A DNA stretch of 64,000 nucleotides from Scyliorhinus canicula. Taxonomy: Eukaryota. The stretch lies in the NCBI RefSeq assembly GCF_902713615.1, contig NC_052160.1, positions 95,776,493 through 95,840,492 of the forward strand, written 5' to 3'. A model generated the notes under the pieces. That model was not told the DNA's origin, searched no databases, and worked only from the letters and a program-made list of their open reading frames with translations. The first letter of the stretch is position 1, and the number at the start of each line of letters is the position of its first letter. The translations under genes and the position numbers were made by a program. This document shows, piece by piece, positions 12,585 to 23,927 of this stretch.

Positions 12585-14455
12585 AGACTGTCCTGACTTC
12601 CTCGATGGAGAAAGGCAGGTTGTGGGCCTTTATGAAATGGAAGAAACGGGTCACCCCTGGATGGCAGAGGTCCGCGTGGAGGGAGCGGAGGCGGTCTATC
12701 TGCACGCTGGCGCAGGTACCGCGGGACAGAGCATCAGGAGGCTCATTGAGCTTCCCAGGACGATACAAGATCTCATAGTTGTACGTGGACAACTCGATCC
12801 GTCACCGTAAGATCTTGTCATTCTTAATCTTGCCCCTTTGTGCATTATCAAACATGAAGGCCACTGACCGTTGGTCTGTGAGGAGGGTAAACTTCCTGCC
12901 GGCCAAATAGTGCCTCCAATGTCGCACAGCTTCGACTATGGCCTGGGCTTCCTTTTCCACAGAGGAGTGGCGGAGTTCAGAAGCCTGGATGGTTCTGGAG
13001 AAGAAGGCCACGGGTCTGCCCGCTTGGTTCAGAGTGGCCGCCAGAGCTACTTCTGATGCGTCGCTCTCGACCTGGAAGGGGAGGGACTCGTCGATGGCGC
13101 GCATCGTGGCCTTTGCGATGTCCGCTTTCATGCAGCTAAAGGTCTGGCAGGCCTCTGTCGACGGCGGGAAGGTCGTGGTTTGAATGAGGGGACGGGCCTT
13201 GTCGGCGTAATTGGGAACCCATTGGGCGTAGTAAGCGAAGAAACCCAGGCAGCGTTTGAGGGATTTGAGGGAGATGGGGAGAGGGAGTTCCATCGGGGGC
13301 GCATGCATTCGGGGTCGGGGTCTATCACTCCGTTACGCACTACGTAGCCGAGGATGGCTAGACGGTCGGTGCTAAACACGCACTTATCCCTATTGTATGT
13401 GAGGTTAAGGAGTTTTGCGGTTTGGAGGAATTTCCGGAGGTTGGCGTCATGGTCCTGCTGGTCGTGGCCGCAGATGGTGACATTATCGAGATACGGGAAG
13501 GTAGCCCGTAATCCGTACTTGTCGACCATTCGGTCCATCTCCCGTAGGAAGACCGAGACCCCATTTGTGACACCAAATGGAACCGTAAGGAAGTAGTAGA
13601 GGCGTCCATCAGCCTCGAACGCGGTGTACTTGCGGTCACTAGCGCGGAGGGGGAGCTGGTGATAAGCGGACTTAAGGTCCACCGTGGAGAAGACTTTGTA
13701 TTTCGCGATATCGTTTACCATGGCGGAAATACGGGGATAGGATACGCGTCCAGTTGCGTAAACCGGTTGATGGGCTGGCTATAGTCGATGACCATCCGGT
13801 TTTTCTCCCCAGTCCAGACCACCAGCACTTGGGCTCGCCAGGGACTATTGCTGCCCTCGATGACCCCTTCCTTCAGTAACCTCTGGACCTCGGACCTGAT
13901 GAAGGTCCGGTCCTGGGTGCTGTACCGTCTGCTCCGTGTCGCGACGGGTTTGCAATTGGGGGTGAGATTAGCAAACAAGGAGAGGGGGGTCCACTTTGAG
14001 GGACGCGAGGCTGCAGACAGTGAGGGGGGGTATAGGGCTGCCGAATTGGAAGGTCAAGCTTTGCAGGTTGCACTGGAAGTCCAGTCCTAGGAGTGCCGGT
14101 GCGCAAAGGTCAGGGAGGACAAGGAGTTTGTAATTTTTAAAAACCTTCCCTTGGACCGTGAGGTCCGCGATGCAGCAGCCGGTGATGCGGACGGAGTGCG
14201 AACCTGAGGCTAACCCGATTTTGTGTTTTACAGGATGGAGCGTCTTACCCTGTCAGGGTGAACGAAGCTTTCCGTGCTCCCGGAGTCCAGCAGGCAGCCC
14301 GTCTCGTGGCCGTTGAGGTGGATCAGTGTCATTGTTTTGGCGAGCGTGCATGGCCGTGACTGGTCGAGTTGAATGGCCGCGAGCCGTGGAGAAGAACCAT
14401 CGTCGCAGTCGTCGTCGGCCGAGTAGTAGCTGGCAGAACCTTGTGTGCCCAGTCT

Positions 14456-14680
14456 AGGATGGTGGTGCCCACGATCCGCACGTGGAGTCCAGGTCCCAAG
14501 ATGGCGGCGCCCAGGACCCGCACGTGGAGTCGGGGCCCCAAGATGGCGGCGCCCAGGACCCGCACGTGGAGTCGGGGCCCCAAGATGGCGGTGCACAGGA
14601 CCCGCACGTGGAGTCGGCGCCCCAAGATGGCGGTGCCCAGGACCCGCACGTGGCATCCGGGACCCAAGATGGTGGCGCCC
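14456..14680. repeat. 42-bp tandem repeat (about 5 copies) in the gag C-terminal region of element 2
   Basis: caagatgg(c/t)gg at 14497, 14539, 14581, 14623 and 14665. cacgtg at 14479, 14521, 14563, 14605 and 14647. About 3 homologous copies in element 1 (5182, 5224, 5266). Confidence 0.9.
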
Positions 14681-17600
14681 GCGGGGCCCTCGTGGTTGCT
14701 GGGGGCGGGGATAGCGGTGCCGGCGGGCCGACCGGAGCGGCTGAGAGCGGGGGCAGAGAGGCGCGCAGGCCAGGCGCAGGGGCCCAGGGGCGGCAAGGAG
14801 AGAGTTGCGCGGTGCGCTGGAAGGGCCCGGAAGGGCCCGGAGAAGGGGGGAGGCGCATAGGGCGGGCGTAGGGGCCCGGAGGCGGGGGGGGGGGGGGGGG
14901 GGGGAGATTGGCGCGGTGTACTGGAAGGGCCCGCAAGGGCCCGGAGGGGGGGATCCCCGGTCGCTGCGCGGTACAGCAGCGACGGATTTGGCCTGGCAGA
15001 CGGAGGAGAAGTGGCCCTTCTTCCTGCAGCTTTTACAGAGGCCGGAGCGGGCCGGGCAGTATGGGCGAGGGTGTTTAGCGAACCCACAGAAATAGCAGCG
15101 GGGCCCCGCGGACTTGTCGGGGCGTCCCGCGGTGTTGGCCTGAGGGAGGTCGGGAGCGGCAGATGGTGGTGAGGAAGCGTGCCAGGAGGCCCAGGATGGT
15201 GCAGCGCGGCTGGGGACATAGGAGCGGGCGTTTAAATCGGCGACCTCCAGGGAGGTGGAGAGAGTCTGTGCCTCAGTTAGGCTGAGGTCGTCTTTCTCCA
15301 GCATCCGCTGGCGGATAGCGGCAGACTGCATCCCAGCCACGTAAGCATCTCTAATCAGAAGTTCCATGTGCTCCGTGGTTGAAACTTGGAGGCAGGAGCA
15401 ATTCCTCCCAGGATAGCGAGGACCTGGTAAAATTGGTCTAATGACTCACCGGGGAGCTGTTGTCTGGTGGCCAGCAGATGTCGGGCGAATACTCTGTTTA
15501 CCGGTTTAGGAAACTGTCCATTCAGCTTAAGCATGGCCGCATCGTAATCTTTTTCCTCCGCAATCATCGCGTAGACCGCCGTGCCCACGCTGGAGTGGAG
15601 GATGTGAAGCTTCTGTGCCATGGTGGGGGGGCTGTTTGTGGACGCCAGGTATCCCTCGAGACATGCCAGCCAATGTTGAAAGATTTCTGAGGCGTTCTAA
15701 GTTTGCGGGCTGATGCGGAGGCATTCGGGCTTGATCCGGAGCTCCATCTTCAAAATTCTAGCTTATTAAATTGATGAACCATCAATCGAACGCGAGATGA
15801 GTTGCTGTACAAAAGTTAGGCTTTAATAAGCTAGAAGTTAGCCCTGCGGTCGACTACAGTAAATGGACGACCGCCGGGCGTTCTGGGTATTTATACCTCG
15901 CTCTGGAGGCGGGGTTAACTCAGCCTCTCGACCAATCGGAGAGTCGTCACATGACTGGTCTCAACCAATCGGTCGAGAGGCACATGACCGACCAGGGCCA
16001 ATGGTAAGCCAGTGTTCTGCACCAATGGCAGACAGCTATGGAAATCATACCACCACACTCCCTCTTTGCTGTATTTGCGTTTCTGCAAATTTAAGAACTT
16101 ATTCCCGGTATTCCCAAGTCCAGGTAATTATATGAAAAAGAGCAGTGCTCCCTGGGGACACCACGGCACACTTTCCTCCAGTCTGGAAAACAGCTGTTCC
16201 CTCTGGCTCTCTCCTTTCTGTCCCTTAGCCAATACATGTCCACACAGCAGCCAATATCCCTTTAATCCCATTGGCTTCAATTTCTATTTAAAATGTTGTT
16301 GACATTATGGTATTAGCTGAAGGAGATGCCAGCTATAACTCAGTAAACTGATAATGATCGCAATGAACTTGAGGTGCCTCGAACCTTCTAGTGCATAATT
16401 GACGCAGTTAACCTTCCAGGCCAGGACTATCAGTGTATACTACACACTAATAATCTGTAAAACATGGCGGGGGTAGCACAGAATTAAGACGTCCTTTGAA
16501 ATCGTACAAAATGACAATTAATAGGATTGGTGAGAAAGCCATTCACAACCAACAATACTGTAGCAAATGCAAAGTGCTGCCAGAAGTGGAAATTTAAATT
16601 GAATATCAGGAAAGGAAGAAAACATTCAGGTCCAGCAGCATCTGTGGAGAGATTAAAAAAAACAAGAGTTAATGTTTTGGACCATGACTTTTCATTCGAA
16701 CTAACGGAATTTAAAGACCTAATAGTTTATACAGAGCCAGATGAGGAGTGGGTTGGTGAACACTAAGGATAGGGTGATAGGGTGGAGGACAGGAGAGATT
16801 AAATGGTGTAAGTGGTGATTGTGACAAGCCAAAGGTACAAGTAAAGGTACAAAATAAAGGCCGAGAGGTGTAATTGAACGCAGTGGAATCATTTATAAAG
16901 CAAGCTTTGCAGCAGGCTATAATTATTGGTCTCAAATATTTTTCTGTGATTTAAAATTTGAAGATAAGCCATGAATTTTAAATTGTTGCTATAAATAATC
17001 TTTGACAGGTCTATCATTCCAGTCCCAGTGTAGTGTTGCATTAAATTTATCTGGACATAAAGATTATACTACAGCTGAAGTGATCCTGCTTAGTAGATAC
17101 CATATGCTGAAGTGCTGTCAACTCATTAGCAATTTATTCGTGCTTTTCGTCTATGAACTTTACCCCTTATCAAAGACTTTATTTTTAACACACTTTTTTG
17201 CGCTTGTTACCATTAAGACATTGATTCTCTGCAAATTTTGATAGTATTTAGAAGGTGATATTTTAAAAATGTGCTCATGGATCATTGATACACACTTTTC
17301 CTGAAGCCTTCTAAAACTGTAACTCTTGTCATATATTTTTGGCTGTGAGGGACAGCAGAGCTGCTGTGATCCTGAAATGACCTCCTAGTTCACTCAACTG
17401 GTGAGCTGTTGCCATCTTAGAACCAAGATGAAATTTGTTTCGGTCTGTCCCTGTTTTTGCAGAACTTAACTAGCTGTACTCTGACATGGTGTGAAAGGAA
17501 AACGCGCACATTGAAAGCTGAAGGTTTATTGTAACCCTCACAAACTTGCCTGCTGTAACAATTTTAATTCATTTACTTAAGTAAATGACAAAGCTGTATT

Positions 17601-18837
17601 ATATTTGCCGCATTACGGGAGATATGATTCATAAGTGAGAATGCACCATCATATGTGCTGTAGCTTAGAGGAATTACAACCATGTCTTGCAAAAGTTGAA
17701 TCTTGCAAAAGTTGCATCAGAGCACAAGAATTGGAAATGGAAACCCGACCATGATAGGAGGAAGTAAAGCGGCTCCAAAAATGTTTGGAACAAAAGGACA
17801 GTGCAGGTTGCTTTCGTTTACACAACCCCGTATTGCCCGTCTCTCCAGAATACAGTCGGACACCAGGATGCGAGCTATCCAACATTGTGTGGACCTAGAG
17901 GGCATTTTGTTGAGAATATAACTTTACTGATTATAAAGCCGCCTTACGGATATAAGAAGCGAAACATTGTGGACCTTGCTGGACGCAAGGAGGAAAATGT
18001 ACTTCAACAAGATGATATTGCAAGTTTATGCTCATTGTGTTCTGCTACCAGATTGCTTAACTGAGATTTCCAGTTGGTTATGTGTGGAGAGAGTGAAGTA
18101 AAGTTAATCTGGAGCACTCAATGTATCATTTGATAGTACAGTTGTCAAATCAATTTAGTCATCCAATGCAAATAATATCTATTGAGCATATAAGCTGTTT
18201 GTTGCACGTTCTTAATTGCTGGAGGAGTTCACAGTGAAAGGTTAATGTTGAGATGAGTATGGTCAGTCTGCTTATTAATAAGGCAACGGGTAAGTCCTGC
18301 ACATTCCTACATTTAGTATGTATACAGGTATAGTAGCCCCAATCCAGCAACTGCTGGATCAAATCAGTACCAGATTCCAGAACTTGCCAATTTTTGGGGA
18401 GGATAATTTAGAACCCACTTAATTCAGTGACTAGGGCACACAAGAAAAACAAATGGTACAACTGTAAAACACTTTAAGTGTATTGCATTTAATAACTCCC
18501 CCTACATCCCTACATTAGCACACACACTGGGCGCGATTCTCCGGACTCACGACGGTTCGGAGAATAGCGGGCGTCGCAAATTTTTACGGCGACGCTGTTC
18601 CGACGCCCTCCCGCTATTCTCCGAACCCCGCAAAATCTCGGAGTCGCCATTCCCACCAAACGCCTCCTTCCCGCCCCCGACACGACCAGATTCGCCACTA
18701 ATAGCCCCCCCTGCTATTCACCGCCCGGATGGGCCGAAGTCCCGACATCATCGCGCCCTGTTTGCACGGCGTGAAACACACCTGCTATTTAAGTTCGTCA
18801 ACCAGTCGGGCTGGCTGACGACAGCTTGGAGGAGGTG

Positions 18838-19135
18838 AGCGCACCACTCAGCGCACCGCTCAGCGCACCGCTCAGCGCACCGCTCGAGTCTGGCCACAAC
18901 GGAGAAGGCATCCCTGAGAACGGGAGGGGGGGTCCAGAGCGGGGGGAGTGGGGGAGACGGGGGAGGCAGTGGGGGAGATGGGGGAGGCAGTGGGGGGCGA
19001 CGGGGGGGCAGTGGGGGGGCCGGGGGGGGCAGTGGAGGGGACGGGGGGGGGACGTGGGGGGGACGGGGGGGGCAGTGGGGGGGACGGGGGGGGGAAGCGG
19101 GGGAGATGGGGGGGAAGTGGGAGTGGGGGGGTTAG
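18838..19135. repeat. 12-bp tandem (gcgcaccgctca, about 4 copies) and G-rich low-complexity repeat in the Harbinger subterminal region
   Basis: Directly visible. Confidence 0.8.
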
Positions 19136-19458
19136 GTAGAGAGTGAGCGAGTGAGCCGTCCAACCCCGTAACAAAATGTCTGCCACCATGCAATGGCGTG
19201 CCGGTCACGAGGACACGGCCGCTGGTTCCCCTGTGGCTTACGGCCACAGGCCACTGACGCACCGGTGAGGAGGACATAGTTTACTGGCCGTTGGATGCAG
19301 AAAGTGACCAGGGGTTAGGCTGACCGCGTGTCAGCAGCGCGACCAGGCCACCGGGACACACAGGTATCCCATGGCAGGCAGCTGCCGAGGTGTTGACTAA
19401 CCTCCGTCTAACATGTCCCGTTTCTCTGCCCCCCACCACCCTTCTGTAGGTTAGCACA

Positions 19459-20790
19459 ATGTCTGTGAACAGAACGGTTATGTTCTGCGCAGTGGTTGGG
19501 GCCGCTGCACTGCATTTGGAGATGCAGCAGCATCCACAGCCACAACCCGCAGTGGATGCAGGGCCAGCTGCAGCAGCAGAGGGAAGGGCCGAGGAGTTGC
19601 CAGTCGTCGAGCAGCATGGGGAGGAGGAGGATGAGGAGGAAGAGGAAGAGGAGAGAGTGAGGGTGCAGCCACGGCGCCAGATGCGATGACCAAGGCCGAG
19701 GGTGTACCGTGTCCGGGTCTCTTTCCTAACAATGACGGACATCACCTGCAGGAGGAGACTCCGGCTGAGTAGGCAGACGGTGATACATATCTGCGAACTC
19801 CTGTCGCACCTCACCCCACGTGGAACGGGGGGAGGACACGCGATCCCGGTTGCCATCAAGGTGACGGTCGCTCTTAACCTCTATGCTACTGGCTCCTTCC
19901 AGTCTCCGAGCGGGGATGTCTCCGGGATCTCCCAGTCATCGGTCCACAGGTGTATCCGGGATGTGACCAACGCCCTCTATGCCATCGCGGACCGCTACAT
20001 CACCTTTCCCGAGGACCAAGCAAGTCAAGACTCACAAGCTCGTGGATTTGCCAGCGTGGCCGGGATACCGAGGGTGCAGGGGGCAATCAATTGTGTTCAC
20101 GTCCCCATGCGCCCGCCAGCAGGGGACAGGGATGTGTTCACAAACAGAAGGGGGACATACTCCATGAATATCCAGGTGGTATGCGACCCCCACATGAGGA
20201 TCATGAACGTCTCTGCAAGGTTCCCAGGGAGTGTGCATGACTCCTACATACTGGCGCAGTCGTTCATCCCTGCGATGTTTGAGGGACGTCCCCCCCGGCT
20301 GAGGGGCTGGTTGCTAGGCGACAGGGGTTATCCGCTGAGGTCTTGGCTGATGACGCCTATACGGAGGCCTCAGACCAATGCGGAAACACGATACAACGAG
20401 GCCCATGCAGCAACCAGGGGTGTGGTGGAGCGCTGCCTTGGCCTCCTGAAGATGAGATTCAGGTGCCTGGTCCGCTCCGGAGGGGCCCTGCAGTACCAGG
20501 CCAAAAGGGTTGCTCGCATTGTAGTGGTCTGCTGTGCGCTGCACAACATCGCGATGCAGAGGGGAGATGACCTGCTGCAGGAGGCGGAGGGAGAAGCCAG
20601 TGGCAGTGGTGCCAGCACAGAGGAGGAGGAGGAGGAGGAGAGGGAGGAGGAGGAGGCTGGTGGAGTGGCGGGCGCAGCACGCAGACACGACCCAGGTGCT
20701 GGTGATGTCCAGGAGGCGGCACGACAGACCCGGCGAGGACGGCGGGCACGTGACGCCTTGGTGGCAGCACGGTTGACGCATCACATGTGA
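19459..20790 (+). pseudogene. Harbinger (HARBI1-like DDE) transposase with a premature stop and a catalytic D to N change
   Basis: Motifs RLRLSR, LNLYATGS, GAINCVHV (normally GAIDCTH), QVVCD, FPGSVHDS, LLGDRGYPL and VVERCLGLLKMRFRCL. In-frame TGA at 19687-19689 joins the two ORF-track pieces in one frame. Upstream acceptor cttctgtag| at about 19449. Confidence 0.92.
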
Positions 20791-21354
20791 CGTCCCCGCT
20801 GAACACCAAACCACCACCTGCATCGCTAGTCGTGCAGAGGGTCAACACACAACTTCCACCACCACAACCCCCCCCCCCCCCCCCCACCCCCTCTCAGTGT
20901 ACCCTGCTCCACTTCGACATCACCCTTACCACTGGGTCCAGACGGTATGGCACAACATTGATGGCTGTGTCAGCGGGTGTGATCAGTGCCATGTGGAATG
21001 ATGACAGCCCGCTCTGCGATGAGCTGTGAGCTCAGAATCGTTAGAGAGAGTCTGACCCATGGCAATAGCTGAACCATCCACCTTGGTGGCCGCTGAGATC
21101 GTCACTGACACTCCATCACGTGCCCGCGTGGGCTAGCTGTGGGAGGGGTTGGGGGGGGGGGGGGGACTGCACACCCGGCACCGAAGTTTCACCACTCGTC
21201 AACCCCAGCGACACTCGGTCACCATCACAAATCCTGTGGCTGTGGAACAATCACACGGTATTACAAGTAAGGTGGAACAGTGCGTTTAATGTTAACAATT
21301 ATTTACAGGTGCCCTAGCCCCTACAACTAAACTGTGCCCTTCACCCGTGCCAAC

Positions 21355-23927
21355 TTACTCAGTGTCTATCTTAGTTGCCTTACGGGCCCTACCACTACGT
21401 CTAAGTGACTCCCCAGATGATACAGCAGGAGTGGAGGAGGATTGCTGCGAATCGCCCCCCTCGACTCGTTTCTCCTTGGCCAAGCGTTTCCTGGGGCGAC
21501 CCGGCCTTGATGAGCCAGGCTGCTCTGCGGGCGTCTCGGGTGACATTGTGCCACCCTGCCCTGCCTGCTGCCCACCCGATGTACCAGGGATGGGACGGGG
21601 GGAGGCCGAGAATTCCGGGACGTCCCGTGATGGACTTAATGGGACGGGCCCCAAAACCTCCTCCTCCCTCGGGGAACCCGGTGGCCCCCAGGCCTCACTT
21701 TGGGACAGAGGTGCGAGCGGGGAGGTGCCCCGTCGCACCACCGACACCTGGCGCTGCCAGTCCTGGAGGCCTGCAACGGTATCCACCAGGATCCGAAGGT
21801 TTGCAGAGACAGAGTCCAGGGAGTTAGACATTCCCGCCAGGGACTGTGCGATCTCAACCTGTGAGTGCACGACGCCATCCAGCACATGTGTCAGGCGGTT
21901 GATGCTCTCGGCGACTGACTGCTGCGACTGGCCAATGACCTGCTGAGACTCGGCCATGGCCCGCAGGGCGCCGGCAATGTCGGTTTGGCTCTGGCACATT
22001 GCTGCCTGTGAGAGGGCAACCCTGTCCAGGGCCGAGGATGACGCGTGCATATGAACCCCAACGCCTTGCATAACCTGACCCATTGCCTCCACCGCGGATG
22101 CCACCCGTGTGGTGTCGGACTGGGTCTCTGCCATGAGCGGCACCACTCCCTGCTCATGGACGCGGTTCGACTCCTCTAACAGCGTCTGCAGAGTCTGGAA
22201 GGAAGCCCTCATCCCGTCGTTGTTTCCCTGGGTTTCTTGAGGCATCGGCTGTGCGGGTGGGTTGAGAAACTCCAGGAACTCCGAAAACGTCTGGGAGCCA
22301 GCTGCATCCTGGGCCTGGCCTGGCCTCCGCCAGTCCGGGCCCTCGGTTGCTCCGACCTCCACCTGCTGTACCTGCTCAGCTGTGATGTGCAAACCAGACT
22401 GTGACCCAGGAGACTCATCACTAAATAGGCCCGCCGGGGTGAGTGTCTCTGGGATGATGGATGTTGTGGGAGATAGCAGTGCCGCAAGCCCGATGTTTTC
22501 GCAATTTAGCCCCTCCTCAATGGTGTGGGGCCGCTCAGAGTCCGGAGGGTTATCCCTGGCCATTTCCGGGGGTTGTGTTCTCGCCACCCTCTGGGCGTCC
22601 TGATCCGCAGATTGGGTTGGGGAGGATGGGACTCCCCGCTGATCGGGCACCCTCTGTCGTGCGGCCCCGGGTGAGGTGGCGGCAGATGCCTGTGTCCGTC
22701 TGCAGCCAGACGGCCCTGGTCGTTCGGCATCACGTCCTAGGGAAGAGAATGAGACGGGTTATTTAGATTTGCTCGGCAGGGGCAGCACGGTGGCGCAGTG
22801 GTTAGCATTGATGCCTACGGCGCTGAGGACCCGGGTTCGAATCCCGGCCCTGGGTCACTGTCCGTGTGGAGTTTGCACATTCTCCCCGTGTCTGCGTGGG
22901 TTTCGCCCCCACAACCCAAAGATGTGCAGGTTAGGTGGATTGGCTACGCTAAATTGCCCCTTAATTGGAAGAAAAAAAAAAATTGGGTACTCTAAATTTA
23001 TTAAAAAAAAAATTTTAAAAAAAAGATTTGCTCGGCAGGCCGCTGGACGGTCCCAGAGGGCAGCGTGTGAAGGGACAGAGGATGGGTTAGGTGTCCCAGT
23101 GGGCAGGATGTGTGAAGAGACAGAGGATGGGGAGGTATCCCAGTGGGCAGGGTGTGTGAAGGGACAGAGGATGGGGGAGGTATCCCAGTGGGCAGGGTGT
23201 GTGAAGGGACAGAGGATGGGGGAGGGGTGGGTGTTTGTCAAGGAGGGTTGTCTCACTTGCTGCAGATCCGCCAACCTCGCATAGCGCGACATCCCGGGTG
23301 GCAGACCCCCCAACAAGGTCCAGTGCCCTCTGCTCAAAGGTGGTGAGGGGGTGCAGGTTGGGCGAACCCCCTCCAGTCTTGTGCCGCTCACGGTTGTTGT
23401 GAGCGGACTTGGCCGGTTGGGGGAGGGTACATAGGTAGATCTTTACAATACGGCAGGTATCAGCAGTCCGTTCAGATACTGGCACAGTTTGGGGGTCAAG
23501 TTGTCATAAGACGATTGCATCTCTCCACGGGGCCAGAGCGCTGGGTCTGTGACAACTTTGTGAACCATCCTCAAATAACTCTGGCCCAATCCCCCTCCAC
23601 CCCCCGTGCCAGGGGGGGAGGTAGGTGATTAGGTAAAGGGGGGGTGGAGGGATGGTTGTGACCAGGGGGCACCTTCTTGGCACTTACCCTGGCAGCCCTG
23701 GTGAGGTCGTGTAGCTTTTTCCGGCACTGCTCTGCAGAGCGAGGGGTCTGCCCCACAGCACTGACGGCAGCGGCCACCTCACGCCAGGCCTGGTATACCG
23801 TGCTGGCAGGTTGGCGATGCCCTCTCCGCGGGCGGAGGATGCCCCTCCTCTGCTCGACAGCATCGAGCAGAGTCTCGACATCGGCCTCCACAAAACGAGG
23901 TGCAGCTCTCCTGGGCTCCGACATCAT
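21355..23927 (-). CDS. Harbinger Myb/SANT-like DNA-binding protein, 3 exons (23927-23688, 23413-23257, 22736-21355), about 590 aa
   Basis: Exon 1 MSEPRRAAPRFVEADVETLL...AWREVAAAVS...QCRKKLHDL with donor gtaagt. Exon 2 HNNRERHKTGGG...EQRALDL with donor gtgag. Exon 3 acceptor tcttccctag is in frame with the 431-aa ORF. The exon-2 acceptor reads CG; an in-frame upstream AG adds 9 aa. Confidence 0.8.
23065..23222. repeat. ~42-bp tandem repeat (about 4 copies) in intron 2 of the Harbinger Myb/SANT gene
   Basis: gtgtgaagggacagaggatggg...tcccagtgggcagg recurs. Confidence 0.8.

Larger units (their letters stand above)
7983..16057 (-). mobile_element. Composite Gypsy insertion (element 2) with three LTRs
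   Basis: Outer LTRs 7983-8267 and 15772-16057 differ at about 4 positions and are flanked by a perfect 5-bp TSD CTCCC (7978-7982 and 16058-16062). A more diverged LTR lies at 10779-11049. Gag starts at 15747 (MELRIKPEC). PR, RT, RH and IN occupy about 11244-14330. A second integrase C-terminus lies at 8460-9000. Confidence 0.92.

Noticed and set aside
17641-18064. Coding-looking stretch (e.g. QHCVDLEGHFVE, resembling a mariner C-terminus)
   Set aside because: Stops or frameshifts in all frames and no convincing family match, TIRs or splice structure.
21347-22603. Plus-strand ORFs overlapping the Myb/SANT gene, and other GC-rich antisense ORFs in the Gypsy and Harbinger elements
   Set aside because: Shadow ORFs of GC-rich coding sequence with no independent motifs.
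22676-23391. ORFs of 178-202 aa spanning the Harbinger intron
   Set aside because: They run through a SINE and a tandem repeat inside intron 2.
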